Both the position numbers and the translations under genes were made by a program. This document shows positions 1 to 9,871 of a stretch of 64,000 nucleotides of DNA, piece after piece. The notes under the pieces were generated by a model. That model was not told the DNA's origin. It saw only the letters and a list, made by a program, of their open reading frames with translations, and did not search any database. Origin of the DNA: an uncultured bacterium (GTDB lineage: Bacteria > Patescibacteriota > Saccharimonadia > Saccharimonadales > 2-12-FULL-41-12); NCBI GenBank assembly GCA_963834265.1, contig CAWIAU010000003.1:12475-76474 (forward strand). Reading direction: 5' to 3'. Numbering within the stretch: position 1 is the stretch's first letter; every line of letters begins with the position of its first letter.

Positions 1-1266
1 GTGGTTGGCGTCATAATATTAGTTTTTGCGAGACCACTGATTGACTACATCGTCGCTCCGACGATGACGCCCGAGCAGCTCGATAATGCGACCGCAATCA
101 TGCGACTGATTGCTTTTAATCCGTTACTGTTCACTATTTCGGCAATATTTATGAGTGTGCAACAAACATTCGGCAGATTCTTTTTCTATGCAATGGCGCC
201 TATATTTTATAACCTGTCCATAATTGCCAGTATCTTCATATTCGATGATAATATCGGGATAGTCGGACTGGGAATCGGCGCATTAGTGGGAGCTGTACTG
301 CAGCTCCTGTTCAGCTTATTAGGATTTGTAGGACTTAAATACAAGTATAAAACCGGAATCAAATGGCAGAGTCCGGACTTCAGGAAAATTCTGCACCAGC
401 TACCGACACGATCACTTGACCAGGGAATTGATTCAGTGAATAGCATTGTGGAAACTAATCTGGCCCGTCGTTTGGGCGAGGGCAAGCTGAGCTTTTATGA
501 AAACGCGTATGTTCTGCATACGGCACCAACATTTCTGATCGGTACGACCATATCAACGGCGGCATTTCCGCGTCTGAACGATCGACTGTCGCAGGGGCGA
601 AAGGACCTGTTCCGGCGTGATTTCCTGCAGATTCTGCGCATCATCATCTGGCTTACTTTGCCTGTGGTGGTGGTCTGTTTCTTTGCACGGGGTTATCTGG
701 CCCGTTTGATTTATACGCAGCATGCGCCGGAAATCGCCGTAATCTTCGGATTCTTCACCGTTGCAATATTATTCCGGACAATTTATACATTAATTTCGCG
801 GTGGTTCTACGCACAAAAAGACAGCAAAACGCCACTCTACGTATCGCTTTTTGCGATAACATTGAATATCGGATTAGCCTATGTCCTTTCCCGTCCTGAA
901 CCTGGCGGCTACGGTGTGGCAGGACTGGCGATGGCTTCCTCTATAGTGGCCGCAGCAGAAGTATTCATCCTGTTCCTGATTATGACATTACGCGACCATA
1001 AATTACTTGACATCAACTTCTGGAACGGATTATTCAAGATATTTTCGGTTACCGGCTTCACCGTTATCACTGCGTTTATTATGCTCAGTATATTCCCTCT
1101 GACACTCGCCGACCGTGGTTTCATAACTCTGGGCAGCAAGGTGGCTGCTATTGCAGCAGTGACATTCCTGGTACACATTGCAATGTCGATTTTGTTTGAT
1201 CTGGAAGAAGCGAAGCCCGTTATCCGCAAAATCCGGAGCATAATCATGTCGACGGTTAAAATCTGA
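1..1266 (+). CDS. murJ: MurJ/MviN-like lipid II flippase (MOP superfamily), 5' end outside window
   Basis: The ORF is open from base 1. The product is a polytopic hydrophobic protein with a MurJ-like conserved loop (AAFPRLNDRLSQGRKD). Confidence 0.6.
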   Translation: MVGVIILVFARPLIDYIVAPTMTPEQLDNATAIMRLIAFNPLLFTISAIFMSVQQTFGRFFFYAMAPIFYNLSIIASIFIFDDNIGIVGLGIGALVGAVLQLLFSLLGFVGLKYKYKTGIKWQSPDFRKILHQLPTRSLDQGIDSVNSIVETNLARRLGEGKLSFYENAYVLHTAPTFLIGTTISTAAFPRLNDRLSQGRKDLFRRDFLQILRIIIWLTLPVVVVCFFARGYLARLIYTQHAPEIAVIFGFFTVAILFRTIYTLISRWFYAQKDSKTPLYVSLFAITLNIGLAYVLSRPEPGGYGVAGLAMASSIVAAAEVFILFLIMTLRDHKLLDINFWNGLFKIFSVTGFTVITAFIMLSIFPLTLADRGFITLGSKVAAIAAVTFLVHIAMSILFDLEEAKPVIRKIRSIIMSTVKI

Positions 1267-1274
1267 GTAATATT

Positions 1275-3062
1275 ATGTCTGTAAAACAAGAACACATCCG
1301 GAATTTCTGTATTATTGCCCATATTGATCATGGGAAATCAACACTGGCTGACCGTTTGCTGGAACTGACAGGTACAGTGCAACAGCGTGATATGAAAGCC
1401 CAGATGCTGGACAAAATGGATCTCGAGCGTGAAAAAGGTATCACCATCAAACTGGCTCCTGTCAGGATGGAGTACAAAGGCTACCAGCTGAACCTGATAG
1501 ATACTCCGGGACATGTGGATTTCAGCTACGAAGTTTCGCGTAGCCTGCAAGCCTGTGAAGGAGCTCTGCTGGTAGTTGATGCCAGCCAGGGAATACAGGC
1601 ACAAACACTGGCAAATCTGTATCTGGCGATGTCAGCAGACTTGAAGATTATTCCGATACTGAATAAGATTGATCTGCCGGCAGCCGATGTTGAGCGGGTA
1701 AGTAAAGAAGTTATTAGTCTGATCGGATGCAGCAAAGAAGACATTTTGCTGATCTCTGCCAAAACCGGGCAAGGTGTGGAAGATGTTCTGGGAAGCGTTA
1801 TATCTGATATTCCTCCGCCCAAAGAAGAAGTCGATGGCAGTGTCAGGGCACTGATTTTTGACAGTTATTACGATGATTATCGTGGAGTGGTCCTGTATAT
1901 TCGTATCATTGACGGTGGGATCAAAAAGAACGATACGATCAAAATGATTGCTACCGGTGCTGAGGGACTGGCATTGGAAGTCGGCAGCCTGAAGCCGCAG
2001 ATGAGTCCGGGCAGTGAAATTCTGCAAGGTGAAATCGGATATATTATTACCAACCTGCGTTCTACCCGCGAGGCAAAAGTCGGCGATACGATTACTCTTG
2101 CTTCCAATCCTACCGATCAGCCATTGCCGGGATACAAAGAAGTCCGTCCTTTTGTATATGCCGGATTTTTCCCGGAAAGTAATGAATATTATCAGGCACT
2201 CAAAGACGCCATTGAGAAATTAAGCCTTAGTGACTCCGCACTGCAATATTTGCCCGAGAATTCTCCCGTACTGGGCTTCGGTGTGCGGGTTGGATTCCTG
2301 GGTCTTCTGCATATGGACATTGTCCGCGAGCGGTTGGAGCGGGAATACGACCTGACATTGATTGTCACCAATCCGAGTACTGACTATAAAATCACACTGC
2401 AAAATGGCACGCAGGTTGATATCCAGTCCGCAGCTGATACGCCCGATCCGTCGCAGATACTTGAGATCAGGGAGCCATGGATCAAAGGAGAGATAGTTGT
2501 ACCCAAGCAGTATGTCGGAGCAGTTATTCAGCTAATTTCATCCAAGCGTGGACTACAAACAAATTTGAGCTACGTTGATGCTCAATTGGCCCTGGTTGCT
2601 TTTGAAGCGCCGCTTGCCAACTTGCTGACAGATTTTTATGATCAGCTCAAGAGTGTTACGAGCGGCTACGGCTCATTCAACTACGAGCTGGATGATTATC
2701 GGGCAGAAGACCTTGTACGATTAGACTTCTATGTGGCCGGAGAGATAGTTAATGCCCTGTCTACCATGGTGCACCGCAGCGAAGCGCAGCTGATAGGCCG
2801 TGAAACTACAGAGAAACTTAAAAAAGTAATTCCCCGCCAGAACTTCCAGGTCAGTTTGCAGGCCGCTATCGGCGGCAAGTTCATCGCCCGTGAGGATATC
2901 AGCGCCTTTCGTAAAGATGTGACGACCGGATTGTATGGTGGAGACGTATCACGCAAAAAGAAAGTACTGGCTAAACAGGCTAAAGGCAAAGCCCGTATGA
3001 AACGCTTCGGCAAAGTCGATATCCCCGCCGAAGCCTTCACCGTACTCCTGAAACGCGACTGA
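1275..3062 (+). CDS. lepA: Translation elongation factor 4 (LepA)
   Basis: 595 aa. It has the GTPase motifs AHIDHGKST, DTPGH and NKID, and the LepA-specific C-terminal region (GGDVSRKKKLL-like). Confidence 0.95.
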   Translation: MSVKQEHIRNFCIIAHIDHGKSTLADRLLELTGTVQQRDMKAQMLDKMDLEREKGITIKLAPVRMEYKGYQLNLIDTPGHVDFSYEVSRSLQACEGALLVVDASQGIQAQTLANLYLAMSADLKIIPILNKIDLPAADVERVSKEVISLIGCSKEDILLISAKTGQGVEDVLGSVISDIPPPKEEVDGSVRALIFDSYYDDYRGVVLYIRIIDGGIKKNDTIKMIATGAEGLALEVGSLKPQMSPGSEILQGEIGYIITNLRSTREAKVGDTITLASNPTDQPLPGYKEVRPFVYAGFFPESNEYYQALKDAIEKLSLSDSALQYLPENSPVLGFGVRVGFLGLLHMDIVRERLEREYDLTLIVTNPSTDYKITLQNGTQVDIQSAADTPDPSQILEIREPWIKGEIVVPKQYVGAVIQLISSKRGLQTNLSYVDAQLALVAFEAPLANLLTDFYDQLKSVTSGYGSFNYELDDYRAEDLVRLDFYVAGEIVNALSTMVHRSEAQLIGRETTEKLKKVIPRQNFQVSLQAAIGGKFIAREDISAFRKDVTTGLYGGDVSRKKKVLAKQAKGKARMKRFGKVDIPAEAFTVLLKRD

Positions 3063-3063
3063 T

Positions 3064-3921
3064 TTATATACTTGCATACAGGACCAGCGTAAGTCCGAGG
3101 ACTGCCGTAATCGCGGCTATGATTTTGCGCGTCAGATAATCCCGTTCGTTTAGTAGAACTGCTCCGAGAATTACCATAAATATAACACTCATTCCTGAGA
3201 TATAGTTTGCGGTGCTAATCAATGCTCCTGCCGCTAAAGATCCGGAGAATCCATATGCTGAGAAAGCCCGAAGAGTCATGAGCTGCAGCATCTTTGGCTG
3301 ACGTAATAACCCGGGGTCAAATTTACGTTTGCCTGCCAATAGATATGACCACATAAGGATTCCGCACACCACAGAAACAAACGGAAAGTAATTAATGAAT
3401 CCAATGCTGTTGATTAATAACTTTTCAAATACATTTAACATACTGATTACAATTGCCGCAATAATTCCCCAGGCTATGCCCGTGAGTCTGAGTGACTTAC
3501 TGCCCTTTTGTTTGACGACCAAAATTGCAATCAGAATCAGCAGGCCGCCGAGTATCCGTAACCACACAACATCTTCATTCAGAAACAATATTCCAAGGCC
3601 GGTCGTGAATATAATTCTCAGGTTGTACAGAACTGAGAATACGCTCGCTTCCAGATATTGCAATGCTTTTACGTTGGTTGTCTGAAGAGCTATCGTAAAT
3701 AAAATCGCACAAATGAGGTACAGGAAATCTAATCCCGAAAATGTATGAAAGTCCGGAGGATAAATAATCAGCAACAAAATTGCAGGCAGTGCGATCCCCG
3801 TTTGCGCGACTGTCGCGAGGGTAAAGCGATCTGTTTTCTGAAGAATTGATCTGCGCAAAATCAGATTGAATCCAACCAGTCCGACCAAATGCAAGCAGAG
3901 CAATGCTAACCACATATTCAC
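3064..3921 (-). CDS. EamA/DMT-family transporter (about 10 TM)
   Basis: 285 aa and entirely hydrophobic, with a two-fold 5-TM organisation typical of EamA domains. The family call rests on architecture only. Confidence 0.5.
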   Translation of the reverse strand: MNMWLALLCLHLVGLVGFNLILRRSILQKTDRFTLATVAQTGIALPAILLLIIYPPDFHTFSGLDFLYLICAILFTIALQTTNVKALQYLEASVFSVLYNLRIIFTTGLGILFLNEDVVWLRILGGLLILIAILVVKQKGSKSLRLTGIAWGIIAAIVISMLNVFEKLLINSIGFINYFPFVSVVCGILMWSYLLAGKRKFDPGLLRQPKMLQLMTLRAFSAYGFSGSLAAGALISTANYISGMSVIFMVILGAVLLNERDYLTRKIIAAITAVLGLTLVLYASI

Positions 3922-3978
3922 TCAATCATAGCATTTGTCGTGCCCGCCGCCGTTGCAAATAAAGTAAAATAGAGAACA

Positions 3979-4692
3979 ATGGGACAATTACTTACGAATT
4001 CAGAATTACAGGTTTTTGAGCATCTGCTGAGTGATTACCGGCCGGATTTCGGTACTTTAGAAGTTTTTCGTCGCAGTAACTTTATAGTAATTGCCGGTCC
4101 GGCAGGAGCGGGGAAAGACACGCTCAGGAATGCCTTAGTGCAAAAGGACCCACGGGTCTATGCTCCGATTATATCTACGACCACCAGGCCGGCGCGTACC
4201 GGCGAGTTGGACGGGCGGGAATATCACTTTCGCCTGGGCGAGGAAATCAGATCAGGATTAATTGCCAGGCAGTATTTCCAGGCACGTTTAGTGCATAATC
4301 AACAGGTGTCATGCCTGCACGCAGCAGAAATACGCAAGCTTGCACCCGATCAGATAGGACTCAGTATTCTGGTAGTACAGCAGGAAGAAGATCTGCAGAT
4401 GCTCAAGTCTGATCTAAAAACTATTTTTCTGGTACCCCCGGGGCCGGATATTCTGAAGGCACGCATGCAGGCTGACCGCGGGTTTGCACCAGACGAGTTC
4501 GATCGCAGGCTGGCTGCTGCCAGAACAGAACTAAAATTTGCTCTGACAAGACCGCACTACTATTGTTTGATAAGTGATAATATTGATAACCTTACAGTTA
4601 CAGCAGACCGTTTCTTGCAAAAAAAAGAATGGGAATCGCATTACGATAGCGAAGCCCGTCATACGATAGAACAGATACTTAACGAACTCTGA
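3979..4692 (+). CDS. Guanylate-kinase-like P-loop protein, divergent paralogue
   Basis: It has the P-loop GPAGAGKDT and an STTTRPARTGELDGREYHF block matching the Gmk signature. It lacks the downstream YGT motif. Confidence 0.55.
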   Translation: MGQLLTNSELQVFEHLLSDYRPDFGTLEVFRRSNFIVIAGPAGAGKDTLRNALVQKDPRVYAPIISTTTRPARTGELDGREYHFRLGEEIRSGLIARQYFQARLVHNQQVSCLHAAEIRKLAPDQIGLSILVVQQEEDLQMLKSDLKTIFLVPPGPDILKARMQADRGFAPDEFDRRLAAARTELKFALTRPHYYCLISDNIDNLTVTADRFLQKKEWESHYDSEARHTIEQILNEL

Positions 4693-4721
4693 CAGATATG
4701 TGAATATGATAGGATTGTGGT

Positions 4722-4982
4722 ATGTCAAAAAAAGATTTTATACCCTTCACTCATGCCGAGGAAAAATTCATAGAGAAGGTAGTTGAGAAGCGACATAAAG
4801 CTGAGGTACGCTTTCCGCTGATTTATACCCTGCTTGGAACCTTTGGGTTCGTCTCGACCCTTTATGGGTTCGAAAAGTTGATCGATAAAGTAGATTTATT
4901 CAGTGAACAGCCATGGATTCTGCTTATTGTGGGAGTAGCAACGCTTACAATAACAGGGACAATTTACAGGAAGCTAGGATAG
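4722..4982 (+). CDS. Small two-TM membrane protein
   Basis: 86-aa ORF with two hydrophobic helices, lying tightly between the two kinase-like genes. Confidence 0.4.
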   Translation: MSKKDFIPFTHAEEKFIEKVVEKRHKAEVRFPLIYTLLGTFGFVSTLYGFEKLIDKVDLFSEQPWILLIVGVATLTITGTIYRKLG

Positions 4983-4985
4983 TTC

Positions 4986-5696
4986 ATGAATCCTTTGTTA
5001 CTTGAAAAACTGAATAATTATCATATGCCGGATCATGTGACACAGTTGATTAACAATACACGAATCGTTTTTCTTGTAGGAGTAACCGGGGCGGGCAAAG
5101 ATACTGTCATACATCAGCTGCTCAAGTCCGGCGAATATCATAATATTGTTTCACACACTACACGCGCCCCGCGGCATAACCACGGCATTCCGGAACAAAA
5201 CGGCGTCGAGTATCATTTTGTAGATCTTAAGACGATTGAAACTATGCTGGACGACGGTGGTTTTGTAGAAGCCAAGCAATTCAGCGGCAATGTCTACGGT
5301 ACAAGTGTGGCAGAGATTCAAATGGCCCATGACGAGGGCAAGATTGCTATTACAGAGATAGAAGTACAGGGTGTTGCAGAATACCGAAAAGTATCCGATA
5401 GTGTGATTCCAATTTTTCTTCTGCCACCTGATTTTGACACCTGGCAAAAGCGACTTAGCGGACGGCACGGAGAAACTGTTAATCCTGATGATCTGGCTAA
5501 GCGTCTAAATACTGCCAAAATTGAGTTACGAGAAGCGCTCGAAAAAGATTATTTCGAATATGTCGTTAACCAGGACCTGCAAGAAACAATCAAAATTGTA
5601 GATGAAATAGCCCACGGAAATTTCTCCACAGCAAAAAACGACCAGGCCAAAGCTGTAGCCCAACAGCTATTGATTGACTTACAGGATCACCTTTAG
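4986..5696 (+). CDS. gmk: Guanylate kinase-like protein
   Basis: It has the P-loop GVTGAGKDT, SHTTRAPR...GVEYHF and NVYGTS motifs of guanylate kinases. There is a small insert in the GMP-binding loop. Confidence 0.65.
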   Translation: MNPLLLEKLNNYHMPDHVTQLINNTRIVFLVGVTGAGKDTVIHQLLKSGEYHNIVSHTTRAPRHNHGIPEQNGVEYHFVDLKTIETMLDDGGFVEAKQFSGNVYGTSVAEIQMAHDEGKIAITEIEVQGVAEYRKVSDSVIPIFLLPPDFDTWQKRLSGRHGETVNPDDLAKRLNTAKIELREALEKDYFEYVVNQDLQETIKIVDEIAHGNFSTAKNDQAKAVAQQLLIDLQDHL

Positions 5697-5702
5697 TAAG
5701 TT

Positions 5703-5729
5703 CTGGCACTCTTGACACCTGAGTGCTAA
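5703..5729 (+). promoter_or_regulatory. CIRCE operator (HrcA binding site) with embedded promoter, upstream of hrcA-grpE
   Basis: CTGGCACTC-N9-GAGTGCTAA compared with the CIRCE consensus TTAGCACTC-N9-GAGTGCTAA. The N9 spacer starts with TTGACA (5712-5717), and TATAAT lies at 5736-5741. Confidence 0.85.
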
Positions 5730-5750
5730 AAACAGTATAATCAAAACATT

Positions 5751-6455
5751 ATGACGCAGCGACAACAGGAAATTCTGAGAGCGATTGTCGAGCAATATGC
5801 CGAGGTAGCCAGTCCTGTCGGCAGCAGCCTGCTGGCCAAAGTTTTCGATGTCAGCAGTGCAACTATCCGATCAGAGATGGTTGAGCTTGAGCGTCTGGGA
5901 TATATCGCCCAGCCGCATACCAGTGCCGGTCGTGTACCTACGGACAGAGGTTATAGGTTCTATGTCAATAATCTCACCGAAATTCCGGAAACAGCTATAG
6001 AACGCCGCGCCGAACGGGCGTTGAGCGCCAGAGTAGATAGTGGCGGATTACCGGACCATACTATACGTAGTACAGTTGACACATTGGTTGAACTGACTCA
6101 TAACCTGGGATTGGCAACAATAGGGGATCAGCTCTACATGTCGGGTCTGAGTAATCTGTTCGGCCAACCGGAATTTGCTACAGGTGAGCACGTGCGTGAA
6201 GTAGCGCGTTTGCTCGATAACCTGGAACCGTGGCTGCGTGAGACCGCTCCGAATGAAGCACTGAGTGTATACATCGGGCAGGAGAATCCTATCGGTCGTA
6301 ATTCCGGCTGCAGCCTGATTATTAGTCGGTTCCGAAGCCCGTACAGTGACCGCAGCTACATTGGCGTACTCGGACCAACGCGCCAGAGTTACCGCGGTAC
6401 TATGAACCTTGTTCAGCGGGCTGGCAAAGCTCTGCAGGAGTCAATGTATGCCTAA
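5751..6455 (+). CDS. hrcA: Heat-inducible transcription repressor HrcA (short form, 234 aa)
   Basis: The N-terminal winged-helix region matches HrcA (ILRAIVEQY...SATIRSEMVELERLGYI..PHTSAGRVPTDRGYRFYV). A CIRCE element lies upstream. It is shorter than the roughly 340 aa typical of HrcA. Confidence 0.85.
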   Translation: MTQRQQEILRAIVEQYAEVASPVGSSLLAKVFDVSSATIRSEMVELERLGYIAQPHTSAGRVPTDRGYRFYVNNLTEIPETAIERRAERALSARVDSGGLPDHTIRSTVDTLVELTHNLGLATIGDQLYMSGLSNLFGQPEFATGEHVREVARLLDNLEPWLRETAPNEALSVYIGQENPIGRNSGCSLIISRFRSPYSDRSYIGVLGPTRQSYRGTMNLVQRAGKALQESMYA

Positions 6456-6939
6456 AGAAAAAAGTTCAAAGTTCAAAGATCAAAGTTCAGAAATTAAAGC
6501 CCTTGATCAGAAGATTGCTGAGCTGACTGAGGCATTACAGCGAGAGCGGGCAGACGTGATAAATATTCGCCGTCGACATGAGGAGCTAATGGCCAATCTG
6601 AAAAATATGATTAAATCTCAGGTTATTCGTGAGATCTTACCAGCTATCGATAATCTGGAAAGGGCGCTTCTTCACACACCAAAAGATCTAATGGGCCATG
6701 ACTACATCAAAGGCGTCGAAGGAGTTATTAAACAATTTGGAAAAGCCCTGCATGACCTTGGTGTATCCAAAATCAAGACAATCGGCGAAGCATTCGACCC
6801 GCGATTGCACGAGGCTGTCAGCATGGAGGGTGAAGGCGTACAAGAAGTTGTCAGCGAAGAGCTCCGGTCCGGCTACACCATAGGAGACGAAGTACTTCGC
6901 CACGCTATGGTCAAAGTTATTGCAAAACAACCTAGATAG
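6448..6939 (+). CDS. grpE: Nucleotide exchange factor GrpE
   Basis: It has a coiled-coil N-terminus and the GrpE C-terminal beta domain (FDPRLHEAV...GY..GDEVLRHAMVKV). The start ATG at 6448 overlaps the hrcA stop (ATGCCTAA). The track ORF begins earlier, at 6409. Confidence 0.9.
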   Translation: MPKEKSSKFKDQSSEIKALDQKIAELTEALQRERADVINIRRRHEELMANLKNMIKSQVIREILPAIDNLERALLHTPKDLMGHDYIKGVEGVIKQFGKALHDLGVSKIKTIGEAFDPRLHEAVSMEGEGVQEVVSEELRSGYTIGDEVLRHAMVKVIAKQPR

Positions 6940-7291
6940 TTTTATTTCGGAGCCGGGTACGCTCTAATTGTGCACACTTCATTATTGATGTTGAGACTGC
7001 AGTTCCGCTTACCCGTTCGGCAGCATTATTCATTGTTTTTAATGTTCTGTTAATTTTTTGATCGACCGTCAAGCGAGGAATCAAATTAGGGCTTTCAGGG
7101 CTAAGAGGTACTTCCAGTGCCTCTATAGTTTGATGCAGGGCGGATGCGGCAAACTGGCTGTAATGCACCGTGTCATTTTTGGCTTCTAAATCCTGAATAA
7201 ATTTGCGCACAGGGCAATCGTCGCAGATAGCAGCACTATCCAGTACTCTGATAACAGCTGATTCAAACTCAGGACACGCATATTCACTCAT
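6932..7291 (-). CDS. Hypothetical protein (119 aa, Cys-containing N-terminus)
   Basis: ORF convergent with grpE, with 8-nt tail overlap. No motif was recognised. Confidence 0.3.
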   Translation of the reverse strand: MSEYACPEFESAVIRVLDSAAICDDCPVRKFIQDLEAKNDTVHYSQFAASALHQTIEALEVPLSPESPNLIPRLTVDQKINRTLKTMNNAAERVSGTAVSTSIMKCAQLERTRLRNKTI

Positions 7292-7352
7292 AGTAACCCA
7301 TAGATAGGGCTTACTATTCTAGCATATATATTAATGCGTGTCAATTATATGT

Positions 7353-7379
7353 CTGGCACTCTTGACACTTGAGTGCCAG
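7353..7379 (+). promoter_or_regulatory. CIRCE operator with embedded promoter, upstream of dnaK
   Basis: CTGGCACTC-N9-GAGTGCCAG. TTGACA lies at 7362-7367 inside the spacer, and TATACT at 7385-7390 (17-nt spacing). Confidence 0.85.
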
Positions 7380-7431
7380 TTTACTATACTGGCAATACGT
7401 ACATAGGACTGCTAAGTAGTAAGGAATCATT

Positions 7432-7680
7432 ATGGCAAATCATCGAAGCAAAAAAGTTATTGATATGACCCCGTCAAAAAATGACACAAAAAAACGCCCG
7501 CTCCGTGAACCGCGTTCCCCTAAGACTAATCTGATCTGGGCGCTGATAATATCTGCTTTCTTAGTATTGCTTACGGGCGATGTAGGTTATGCGCTGAGTG
7601 GCGGCATATTTGGCTTTCTTTTCTTCAACACCGTTGATTACATGATTTTTTATTATCGTTACAAAAAAGGAGATTTATAA
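7432..7680 (+). CDS. Small membrane protein (82 aa)
   Basis: A basic N-terminus followed by two hydrophobic helices. It ends 4 nt before dnaK. Confidence 0.4.
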   Translation: MANHRSKKVIDMTPSKNDTKKRPLREPRSPKTNLIWALIISAFLVLLTGDVGYALSGGIFGFLFFNTVDYMIFYYRYKKGDL

Positions 7681-7683
7681 ATT

Positions 7684-9615
7684 ATGGGAAAAATTATCGG
7701 AATCGATTTAGGTACAACTAACAGCGCGATGGCTGTCATGCAGTCTGGCAAGCCGGAAATTATCGCGAACAGCGAAGGCAATCGCACAACGCCGAGTGTC
7801 GTGGCTATCAATAAAAACGGCGAACGACTGGTAGGTCAGGTTGCGAATCGTCAGCGGGTGACGAATCCGACCAACACTATCTTCGGCGTCAAGCGCCTGG
7901 TCGGGCGCAAAATTACTGACAAAGAAGTTCAAAAAGACATCGAATTGATGCCATACAAGATCAAGAAAGCAAATTCGCACGTCAAAGTCGAAATGGCCGA
8001 CAAAGATTACAGTCCCGAGGAAGTCAGCGCTATGATCCTGAGCAAGCTCAAGGCCGATGCCGAAGCTTTCCTGGGTGAGCCAGTAACTGAAGCAGTCATT
8101 ACTGTTCCCGCATACTTCGACGACTCGCAGCGCCAGGCCACCAAAGATGCGGGCAAGATTGCCGGTCTGGAGGTAAAACGTATTATCAATGAGCCGACTG
8201 CCGCCGCTCTGGCTTACGGTCTGGACAAGGGCAAAGAAGAAAAGATTGCTGTTTTCGATCTGGGAGGTGGCACATTCGATGTGTCAATTATGCAGCTTGG
8301 CGACGGTGTATTCGAAGTACTGGCTACTAACGGCGATACCCACCTTGGCGGTGAGGACTTCGATATGCGTATCGTCAATCACTTTGTCGACGAGTTCAAA
8401 AAAGAATCCGGAATCAACGTCAAGGACGACAAAGCCGCTATGCAGCGTCTCAAGGAAGAAGCCGAAAAGGCCAAGAAAGAATTGTCTACGACCGAAGTCG
8501 CTGATATTAACCTGCCATTCCTTACAGCCGATGCCGATGGCCCGAAGCATTTTGAATACAAACTGACCCGTTCCAAACTAATCGATCTCGTGTCGGATCT
8601 GATTGACAAGACAGCATCACCGTCAGAAAAAGCGCTCAAAGACGCCAAACTGAAAGCCAGCGACATTAATGAAGTCATCCTGGTCGGCGGCATGACCCGT
8701 ATGCCAGCTGTTATTGAAAAGGTAAAGAGCATATTTGGCAAAGATCCCAAGCAAGGCGTTAATCCTGACGAAGTCGTAGCCGTCGGTGCAGCCATCCAGG
8801 GTGGTGTACTGCAAGGCGATGTCAAAGACGTACTGTTGCTGGACGTAACACCACTTTCCCTGGGTATCGAGACTATGGGCGGCATCGCTACTAAGCTGAT
8901 CGAGCGTAACACCACTATTCCCTCGTCCAAAAGCGAGACATTCAGCACAGCTGCTGACAACCAGCCACAGGTTGAAATTCACGTGGTACAGGGCGAGCGG
9001 GAAATGGTTGCTGACAACAAATCACTCGGCCGCTTCGTATTGGATGGTATCCCGCCAGCACCGCGCGGCGTTCCGCAGATCGAAGTTACATTTAACCTGG
9101 ATGCCAACGGCATACTGAACGTAAGCGCCAAAGACAAAGGATCCGGCAAAGAGCAGAGTATCACCATCTCCGGCAGTGGCAATCTGAACAAAGAAGAAGT
9201 AGAAAAGGCTGCTCAGGAAGCCGAAGCACACGCCGAGGAAGACAAGAAAAAGCGCGAAGAAGTTGAGATTCGCAATACTCTGGAAAATGCAGTTTACCAG
9301 GCTGAGAAAATGAAGACTGAGCACAAAGATAAGCTGGGTGACGATGATATGAAAACTCTGAACGAAGCTATCGACGCAGCGAAGAAAGTTCAGTCAGATG
9401 AAAAAGCTGACAAAGATGCGCTGGAAGCGGCCGCTAAAGAATTGTCCGAAAAGATCATGCCAATCGGTGCCAAAATGTACGAAGCGGCCTCCAAAGAAGC
9501 CGAACCAGCTGAAAGCGACGAAGCTGCTTCTGATGACAAAAAAGGCAAAAAGAACAAAAAATCTGACAAAGAAGAACCCGTAGAAGGCGAAGTAGTCGAC
9601 GACAAGGAAAAATAG
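7684..9615 (+). CDS. dnaK: Chaperone DnaK (Hsp70)
   Basis: 643 aa with the Hsp70 signatures [18 protein letters not shown] and [11 protein letters not shown], and an acidic/lysine-rich tail. Confidence 0.97.
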   Translation: MGKIIGIDLGTTNSAMAVMQSGKPEIIANSEGNRTTPSVVAINKNGERLVGQVANRQRVTNPTNTIFGVKRLVGRKITDKEVQKDIELMPYKIKKANSHVKVEMADKDYSPEEVSAMILSKLKADAEAFLGEPVTEAVITVPAYFDDSQRQATKDAGKIAGLEVKRIINEPTAAALAYGLDKGKEEKIAVFDLGGGTFDVSIMQLGDGVFEVLATNGDTHLGGEDFDMRIVNHFVDEFKKESGINVKDDKAAMQRLKEEAEKAKKELSTTEVADINLPFLTADADGPKHFEYKLTRSKLIDLVSDLIDKTASPSEKALKDAKLKASDINEVILVGGMTRMPAVIEKVKSIFGKDPKQGVNPDEVVAVGAAIQGGVLQGDVKDVLLLDVTPLSLGIETMGGIATKLIERNTTIPSSKSETFSTAADNQPQVEIHVVQGEREMVADNKSLGRFVLDGIPPAPRGVPQIEVTFNLDANGILNVSAKDKGSGKEQSITISGSGNLNKEEVEKAAQEAEAHAEEDKKKREEVEIRNTLENAVYQAEKMKTEHKDKLGDDDMKTLNEAIDAAKKVQSDEKADKDALEAAAKELSEKIMPIGAKMYEAASKEAEPAESDEAASDDKKGKKNKKSDKEEPVEGEVVDDKEK

Positions 9616-9631
9616 TGTAAGTTTTTACTTC

Positions 9632-9802
9632 TTAAAACGTGATGCTATTGCCAATGAATAGTAGTGTACAAAACAACAGAATTACGGCGATTGCTGTAAA
9701 TAATAGTTTTCCGGATATTTTCTTATGGTTAATCAGATATGTTACTACACTAGCAATGATGAGTAAAATTCCGAGGCCAAGTAAAATTTGCGGTATGCTC
9801 AT
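9632..9802 (-). CDS. Possible small two-TM membrane protein (56 aa, below ORF-track cutoff)
   Basis: My own translation gives MSIPQILLGLGILLIIASVVTYLINHKKISGKLLFTAIAVILLFCTLLFIGNSITF. This is more protein-like than the overlapping plus-strand track ORF 9639-9878. Confidence 0.3.
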   Translation of the reverse strand: MSIPQILLGLGILLIIASVVTYLINHKKISGKLLFTAIAVILLFCTLLFIGNSITF

Positions 9803-9871
9803 TTCAATATCGTACAGTTATCTTATGATTTTACTTAGATTAAGAATCAGTATCAAGTATAGGAGGCTGAA

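Noticed and set aside
7708-9605. Multiple antisense or off-frame ORFs inside dnaK (for example 8379-8960, 8189-8566, 9022-9324)
   Set aside because: These are shadow ORFs within a strongly supported, full-length Hsp70 gene, and their products are low-complexity. The same reasoning applies to ORFs inside lepA (1338-2402), dnaJ (11095-11655), recA (43399-43929), tsaE (45693-46148), pilB (41213-41707), the Clp-like gene and murA.
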